Shown piece after piece: positions 58,501-64,000 of a stretch of 64,000 nt of DNA. The position numbers were made by a program, and so were the translations under genes. The stretch spans positions 310,001 to 374,000 of the forward strand of contig LSRY02000022.1 in assembly GCA_001643675.2 (NCBI GenBank). The letters are read 5' to 3'. The notes beneath the pieces were generated by a model. That model saw nothing but the letters and a program-made list of their open reading frames with translations, had not been told where the DNA came from and made no database searches. Source of the stretch: Monocercomonoides exilis PA203. Lineage: Eukaryota > Protista > Preaxostyla. Numbering within the stretch: position 1 is the first letter of the stretch; each line of letters opens with the position of its first letter.

Positions 58501-61500
58501 CTTTGTCTTCTGTGATGTTGCTCGAATTCACAACCAAACAAATCTTATTCTCACTCTTTGACTTCAAAATGCTTGCTCCATTGTCACTTCTCTTCACTCC
58601 TGAAAATGAAGAATTGTCAATTTGGAGAATCATTTCCTCACCCACTTCATTTATCTTTTTTGTTGTTAATTCAGTTCTTTTGATCAGAAGAAGACATCCT
58701 CCACTTTCATTCAACGATTCCACTCGAACATTCACAAAATGGCAAGTAATTCCAGCATCGTGAATGACAAAAATACTGTTTCCAACATTGCACGATTCCA
58801 TCGACAAATCATTCACTTCCACATTCCCTCCAATCACATCCGCAAATACACAATCAAATCCATTGTTCATTCCTGCTTCTGAATGGAATGAACATCCAGT
58901 TATCACCAATTCTCCATCTCTATTTGAAATAATTGTTTTGGATGAGTTGTCAAATCCAGATGCCAGTTGAAGTTGGATGCTTGAAAATTCAAGATGTTCA
59001 TCATTCACCATGAAATATTCTAGCTGACTATCAGTTGCCTTTTCAAAATTCAATATTGCTTTCGTATTCTCTTCTCCCATCTTCACACCCTTTTTGATCT
59101 GATAATTGGAAACATTGAATGAATCTCGAATAACGGTTGATCCTTCAATCTGTATTGTTTTCTTTCCAATCTCTCTTTTCATGTTCATCATCCCTTTCCA
59201 CATTGTGAAACAAGGTTCTTCTTCACTTCCACAACGCTTCACATCAAATCCATTGGATGAGATAAATATCTCCATTGAGCTGAATGGAATTAGAAACATG
59301 AACAAATCTTTGTTTGAATGAAAGTTGTCACTTCCAACAAACAAATTGTTATCTTCTTTCATTGATGAGTAATCAAATCTGAATGCTAAAGTCGTAACAG
59401 AACGATTAAAATCCTTTCCCAAAATGAACATATTCTTTCCAATGGTTGCATTGTTGTTCTCAAATGTTACTCCAACATCAAAAAGAAATGGGTTTTCATT
59501 CAAACATTTTTGGCAATCCAAACACAAAAACCCTCCTTTTCCATTCCCTGATGAAAGTGAGCAAAATGATGCATTTGTTGAATTAATGATCAAATCTTCG
59601 TCATTTTTTAACGTCACTGTTGCAACACCTCCTTCACCGCTTCCTGTGTTTGCAATATTTGAAAAGTTGCTGTTTTCAATCAAAACAGTTGAAGCGAAAA
59701 CAAATGGTGATTTGGCAAATGAAGTTCCTTTTAAACTGCATCCTTTCAATGTGCAACTTCCAGTGGTTGTTGTTATCAACGAATATTGAATGGCCGTTGT
59801 TGATTGGATGTCAAATAAACAGTTTTCGAGTTGAAGATGTTCGCTTGATGAGATCAATGAATTCATCCTTGGTGTAAATTGACTTGGAATCTGCAATTTC
59901 AAAGCTAAAAAGCTGAGTGTCTTAATTGATGAAATAACAGATGACGATGATGATGCAGAATCTCCATTGATTCTCTCATTAAAATGAACAGTCTTATGTT
60001 TAACGGCTTCTCCATCGATCACAAGAGCATCTGTAAAGGAATAAATATACTCAATTTTTCCTTCGTCTTTCACTTTCACTCTCCGTTCTCCAACTGTTCC
60101 ACTTCTGTCAATGTGGTCAATTCCACTTTTCATCGATTCACATGGGAATTTTTCATTTCCACACCCCAAAGTGTCATGCCCACCAGTCGATACAGACACA
60201 ACCACCCACTTCAAAGAAACAAGAAACACCCGAAGATCCATTTCTCCATAAATCTCATCTTCTCCAACAAATGCATTCTCATCATCCTCGAAATTTGTGC
60301 AATCAAATGAAAAACGCTCTGTCTTCACACTGCTCACCAGATTCCCACTCTTCACAAACATGTTCTTCCCAACTGTTGCTGAGCATCCAAAAAACGATAT
60401 CGATGAGAGCTGAAATCCTCCTTCATTTGAACTGCAATCCAGATATATTCCTCCTCCTTTTCCTTCCCCACTCATATTCTCACAAACACATCCAGTAAAT
60501 GAGCTCTCTTCAAGTGCCATAAATCCTCCTTCTCTTAACACTATCTTCAGTGCTCCTCCTTCTTCACTCTTCTCTGATAATGCACCTTCAATTTTGCTTC
60601 CATTTATCACTATCCCAAATCCCACATTCCCTTCAAACACTGCTGCCTTTCCCTCAACTGCTGTTGTGCTATCAATCTCCAGACTTTCCAGTGTGCAATT
60701 CAACAATTTCATCTTGCATTCCTGTTCATTCACATTTCCAGACGAAAGCGAAATTGAAAACAATGAAACTATTGATTTCACATCTGAAATCGTGACAGAA
60801 TCCAGTTCAACCATCTTTCCCGTTGATTTGATCAAGGAAAATCCAATTGTGTTTTTGTTTCCTCCAATCACACTGATCGCACAATTCATTATGTGCAACT
60901 CCCCATTTTGAGTGCTCGATTCAATCACCGATGTGATTGTTCTGCTAAAACTTGAATGGACAACAATCCTAATGAACTCCATTTCAGTCAGTGATGATGA
61001 TTTCAGCACACACGCTTCAGATCCACTCACTTCCCTTTTGCATTCGATCTCCACAATTGTCTCAGCTTTTGCCTTCATACATATTCCGCCCACATCCACG
61101 TATCCCATCATCAACGAATTTGAAATAATAATAATCTCTTCTTTTCTATTATGTGTTCTCTTCAAATGCTCCATTCCGTAGTTCACATTCAAACATGGCA
61201 CCTTTTCAATCCCACAACACATCTCTTCCACTCCAGATGCTCCATCAACATACACTGAATCAGCAAAGTATCCATCAAAAAATATAAACAAATCCACATC
61301 CCAATCTCCGAATGCTTCTGTTCTATCATGCCCAACAGCCGAGTTTTCTTTCTGAGTGATGCTTGTCATGAAGGCAAAGGAAGAGTCGTTCACAGAAGCG
61401 ACAAATGATTGGCACACAAAATATATATCTCTTCCAACACCGGCCTTGTTGGCTGAAAACACGATATTGGTGATGGAAAAGGTTGTGGATGACACTTGTG

Positions 61501-64000
61501 AGCCTTCATTGAACTCGATCATGAGAGCCCCGCCTCTTCCTCCAGAACTTGTATCCTCGCTCACAGAGCAGGTGGAGAAATTTGTGTTTATTACTGAAAA
61601 GGAGTTAACAGGGGCAGATGAGGCGAATGAGATGCACCCGCCATTGGTGGCAGTCTGTTGGCTGAACTGTTCTGAGTTGATGTTGGTGATGGTGCAGTTG
61701 GCGAGGGAGAGGGAGAGGGCAGGGGAGGTGGAGGAGGAGAGGACACAGCTAGTGGGGGTGGCTGTGGAGGTGATGTGGGTGATGTTGGAGGAGTTGAGGG
61801 TGAGGGGAGATGTGAGGGAGGTGAGGTGGAAGATGCTTTGGCTGTTGAGGGGGAGACTGGTGATTGCTGTGTGGTTGAGGGCGAGGGAGCCAGCAGTGAG
61901 GAAGAAGAGGGGAGTTTTTATTGTTATGGAGGTTGTTCCGGTGATGGTGGTTGTGTTGAGGTTGAGGGAAGGGGAGTTTTGGGAGAGGTGGAAGAGGATG
62001 GGGGTGATGAGATTTGTGGAGTTGTGGGCGATGGCGAGGGCAGAGACTGTGAGGGAGCCCTGTGCTTGTGCGAAGAGGGCAGACGAGGCAGATGGATCTG
62101 GTGAAGATGATATTGATGATGACTGTGAATATGAGTTTGATGGTTGAGGAATGCCACTGGAGGCGATGGTGGTGGCAGTTGTTCCATTTCCAGTGATTTT
62201 TGTATTTGGAGCACGAAATGTGAGAGTCTTTGTGGGAGTGAAGGTGGAAACGAGAAGAGAGAGGGAGGCATCGCTGAAGGGAGCAATGCATCCGAGGGCA
62301 TACTCCACCGTGGCACAGGAGCTTTGCTGTGTTTTACCACAAGCATCGACATCACTTCCACCATTTGAGACTATTTTGTTCTGGTTGATGATTGGAAGCC
62401 AGCCATTGTACACGGTATTATCAGCTGTTCCTTGATTCCATACTCGTTTTGTTGGGGTTGTTGAACCACAATTTTCGAATGGAGATTGAGTTATACTTAA
62501 ACCACTGAAAAACACATCGTTTCCTCTTCCATTTGTTGCGGTGTTTCCATCGAAGAAACAAAATGTGATAAATTTTACTCCATTCATCCAAGTGAAGGTT
62601 GCATCCAAATAAATACCAGCACCTCCTCGTGTGGATGAAGTTGATGCCAATTTATTATTTATGAACTGACAATCATTGATTGAAAATTGGCTTGGTTTGT
62701 TAGTCGGTGGATCGCCAAGTGTTAAAGAACCAGCAGAATCACCTCCGGAATTTGATATGCACTTACATTTGGAAAATAAGAATTGGCAAGATGATGTCAT
62801 ATTGTAGATCCAGAAATACCAACCAGTTCCACACCAGTTTGTTATTTTACAACTTTCCACTTCATTTTCTGAGAATATCCAAACAGAATTTGATTGTGGA
62901 TATGTAGCATGGACTGCTCCTCCATGAGCAGCAGAGCAGTCCGTGAAATTGGATTTTGTGATATCTGTTTTTAACAAATATCTACAATATAACGCTCCGC
63001 CTTGACCATTACATGAACAATTGTTGAATGAACAAGATGTAATTGTGAGATTTGCATTTGTGCAATCAACAGAAAGTGCACCACCATAACTTGATCCACC
63101 ATTTGAATCATTCCATTCACACCATTCAAATTGATAGCTATTCAAATCAGTAAAGGACAATCTTCCAGGTTTCAATTTATGAGTTTCGGATCCGATATAT
63201 TCAACAGGAGCATTTGGTGAAGAGCGTGTTTGGCGGAGGAAAGAGGTGTTGAAGGCAGAGAGAGAAGTGGATGGGCTGTTGAGGAAAGGGAGGATGGTGC
63301 CATCGATGGGGTTGTGGGTGTGTTTGAAGATGGTTGAGTGGATGGAGAGAGATGAGTGAAGAGAGAATGAGGGAATTGTGTTGAAATTTGTGTTGATGAA
63401 AGAGAGAGAAGAGGAAGAGGTGGTTGAGGAGAATGAATTGAGTGAATGTGAAGGAAGGAATGGAAGAGATGAATGAGATTGGGGAGAGGAGATGTTGGAG
63501 AAGAGGGTGTTTGTGAGATGGAGATTGAGGTGGATTTGGAGGTGGGGATGGGGTTGGTGATGGATATGGAGAGGGAAAGGTGAAGAAGATGAGGATGAGG
63601 ATGAGAAAGATGAAAGAGAAGGGGAAAGGGATGGAGATGGAGAAGGGGATGGGGAAGAGAGGGAAGAAGGAGAAAATAGGAAGGGCTTGACGAGGGAGAC
63701 GAACGAGGAGAAAGAGGAGTGGGAGATGGAGAAGGAGATGGGGATAGGGGAGTGGGCATCTGAGAGGAGATTGTTTGGGGTGGAGAAGAGGGGGAAGGAG
63801 AGGATGGCAGGTTGGTGGGTGGTGAGGGAGATGTTTGTGAGGGCGAGGGAGGCATGGGCAGAGAGGAAAAGTGGAGATTTTGTTGCTGGTTGGGCTTGGC
63901 ACGTGGAATATAAAATGGAGGCAGCTGAGTGGTGTTGGGCAGTGAGGAGTGGATAACCAGCGAGAGGGATGATGTTGAGATGTGTCACACACAAGGAGGT
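55580..64000 (-). CDS. Second giant receptor-like beta-helix/TM/pseudokinase protein (5' end outside window)
   Basis: Collinear paralogue of 24907..33603 with the same five CGxxxxPC-type modules, identical TM segment and near-identical cytoplasmic tail. Confidence 0.87.
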   Translation of the reverse strand, partial: TSLCVTHLNIIPLAGYPLLTAQHHSAASILYSTCQAQPATKSPLFLSAHASLALTNISLTTHQPAILSFPLFSTPNNLLSDAHSPIPISFSISHSSFSSFVSLVKPFLFSPSSLSSPSPSPSPSLSPSLSSFSSSSSSSSPFPLHIHHQPHPHLQIHLNLHLTNTLFSNISSPQSHSSLPFLPSHSLNSFSSTTSSSSLSFINTNFNTIPSFSLHSSLSIHSTIFKHTHNPIDGTILPFLNSPSTSLSAFNTSFLRQTRSSPNAPVEYIGSETHKLKPGRLSFTDLNSYQFEWCEWNDSNGGSSYGGALSVDCTNANLTITSCSFNNCSCNGQGGALYCRYLLKTDITKSNFTDCSAAHGGAVHATYPQSNSVWIFSENEVESCKITNWCGTGWYFWIYNMTSSCQFLFSKCKCISNSGGDSAGSLTLGDPPTNKPSQFSINDCQFINNKLASTSSTRGGAGIYLDATFTWMNGVKFITFCFFDGNTATNGRGNDVFFSGLSITQSPFENCGSTTPTKRVWNQGTADNTVYNGWLPIINQNKIVSNGGSDVDACGKTQQSSCATVEYALGCIAPFSDASLSLLVSTFTPTKTLTFRAPNTKITGNGTTATTIASSGIPQPSNSYSQSSSISSSPDPSASSALFAQAQGSLTVSALAIAHNSTNLITPILFHLSQNSPSLNLNTTTITGTTSITIKTPLFFLTAGSLALNHTAITSLPLNSQSIFHLTSLTSPLTLNSSNITHITSTATPTSCVLSSSTSPALSLSLANCTITNINSEQFSQQTATNGGCISFASSAPVNSFSVINTNFSTCSVSEDTSSGGRGGALMIEFNEGSQVSSTTFSITNIVFSANKAGVGRDIYFVCQSFVASVNDSSFAFMTSITQKENSAVGHDRTEAFGDWDVDLFIFFDGYFADSVYVDGASGVEEMCCGIEKVPCLNVNYGMEHLKRTHNRKEEIIIISNSLMMGYVDVGGICMKAKAETIVEIECKREVSGSEACVLKSSSLTEMEFIRIVVHSSFSRTITSVIESSTQNGELHIMNCAISVIGGNKNTIGFSLIKSTGKMVELDSVTISDVKSIVSLFSISLSSGNVNEQECKMKLLNCTLESLEIDSTTAVEGKAAVFEGNVGFGIVINGSKIEGALSEKSEEGGALKIVLREGGFMALEESSFTGCVCENMSGEGKGGGIYLDCSSNEGGFQLSSISFFGCSATVGKNMFVKSGNLVSSVKTERFSFDCTNFEDDENAFVGEDEIYGEMDLRVFLVSLKWVVVSVSTGGHDTLGCGNEKFPCESMKSGIDHIDRSGTVGERRVKVKDEGKIEYIYSFTDALVIDGEAVKHKTVHFNERINGDSASSSSSVISSIKTLSFLALKLQIPSQFTPRMNSLISSSEHLQLENCLFDIQSTTAIQYSLITTTTGSCTLKGCSLKGTSFAKSPFVFASTVLIENSNFSNIANTGSGEGGVATVTLKNDEDLIINSTNASFCSLSSGNGKGGFLCLDCQKCLNENPFLFDVGVTFENNNATIGKNMFILGKDFNRSVTTLAFRFDYSSMKEDNNLFVGSDNFHSNKDLFMFLIPFSSMEIFISSNGFDVKRCGSEEEPCFTMWKGMMNMKREIGKKTIQIEGSTVIRDSFNVSNYQIKKGVKMGEENTKAILNFEKATDSQLEYFMVNDEHLEFSSIQLQLASGFDNSSKTIISNRDGELVITGCSFHSEAGMNNGFDCVFADVIGGNVEVNDLSMESCNVGNSIFVIHDAGITCHFVNVRVESLNESGGCLLLIKRTELTTKKINEVGEEMILQIDNSSFSGVKRSDNGASILKSKSENKICLVVNSSNITEDKAEMSEKGGAILFTLGASGSMKMIKSEVSQCSCTNGKGGGVYLATKERGELNFTFVGMKFSSNTAKVGNDFFIECYNIMSQINERQFQFDLREGSYTRNNAIYGIDSCDYPIDTDLIGLITIHQSDTIIVCSVNGSNEKQCGTNALPCYSIERGLMHLTSELISQILVVEESVIGEEIDLKEMSLSSKSRENCEVEVETEITRTKDSLISTTGTVSLLRVGFVFDSNFISSHESLISPEGGILEIMNCSFSSRQLVEGVNTELTNIPFHIINMAKGELQLDGCTISNLILQESALYLSSPLPSVIDSLTIYSSTVKTSLININECEQLNLEKLHTENITVEGNEESFISCLAMKKTIQLTNCTMDGVNSNKAKGKLMKFEDCLDVKMDSCVFDGSSKERNEKNLNAEEEMCRWNGSLVDVVKSSVIVKDITIWNSPEGGITMGGGNVNIEMGLFENNNPSIGGYPSLRRNIICSDSGTLNVLSLKGGDGVLPNSSLWMLNEGCSFEGIVSERDSSFFIPVLESVEAKEETDRMKLTFKGLLLIPCNLSFSTVKRKGEEKEIEHYDFDSNGFLSETQVEGSVGKDLISSCRDEMEVSVCVLFGNAGSPSSTNSFILKNKSEIESKGDEIISKGEGQIEWSLFAFIGCIVVLVIFVGLFVVVVVFLRKKLRESEKRVEKERLENEEIMGKIERRRRENNGGSFEMSEMPSTLLEGMTSQIPLLIDNDEEDLPEPPSMSNEEILNENDLPDLESPLQFSENASVCESSQSHSFNVISAKKPFREKEKKNIKTLHSAIHSVQGNFTLGTRAMDVVDGKEVVLAVAELFEHLISVGDERVEMMGKQLCPYSIFIEEGNSEIFVLTEELEDDKQKEDMKRWKAPEAGDEDDEIEKAIVFTLGLILHEMTTGEVPLSECEAEEAQEMMRDGVRPLTEGIEGEELIELMEKMWGDEPNDRPKLAEVIRLLMEMMEMMESDGE

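Overview
Eukaryotic, AT-rich protist DNA with short GT-AG introns and the standard genetic code. The gene families and poly-Ser microsatellite coding resemble an oxymonad such as Monocercomonoides (inference, no search run). Host genes: the 3' end of a type-I membrane protein; a 3-exon Rab32-type GTPase; a 2524-aa low-complexity AT-hook/RRM protein head-to-head with a poly-Ser-inflated 8-exon exocyst Sec8; two paralogous ~2900-aa receptor-like proteins (tandem beta-helix modules, TM helix, degenerate kinase C-lobe) in a ~9-kb dispersed duplication; a GGA(I)-repeat surface protein; two helical-repeat family paralogues; and an IQCH pseudogene fragment. Mobile DNA: a foldback element with 356-bp arms carrying a nested TA-flanked MITE; several older degenerate palindromes; a decayed pogo-type DDE transposon with TIRs and an intron; and a 3.1-kb DIRS-type tyrosine-recombinase retroelement. 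The DIRS element is the most notable item. Its ITR/ICR ends are intact, but it lacks most of Gag and the RT core. It keeps two open overlapping ORFs: RNase H plus methyltransferase-like, and a recombinase with a non-canonical active site. All exon models and alignments were made by eye.
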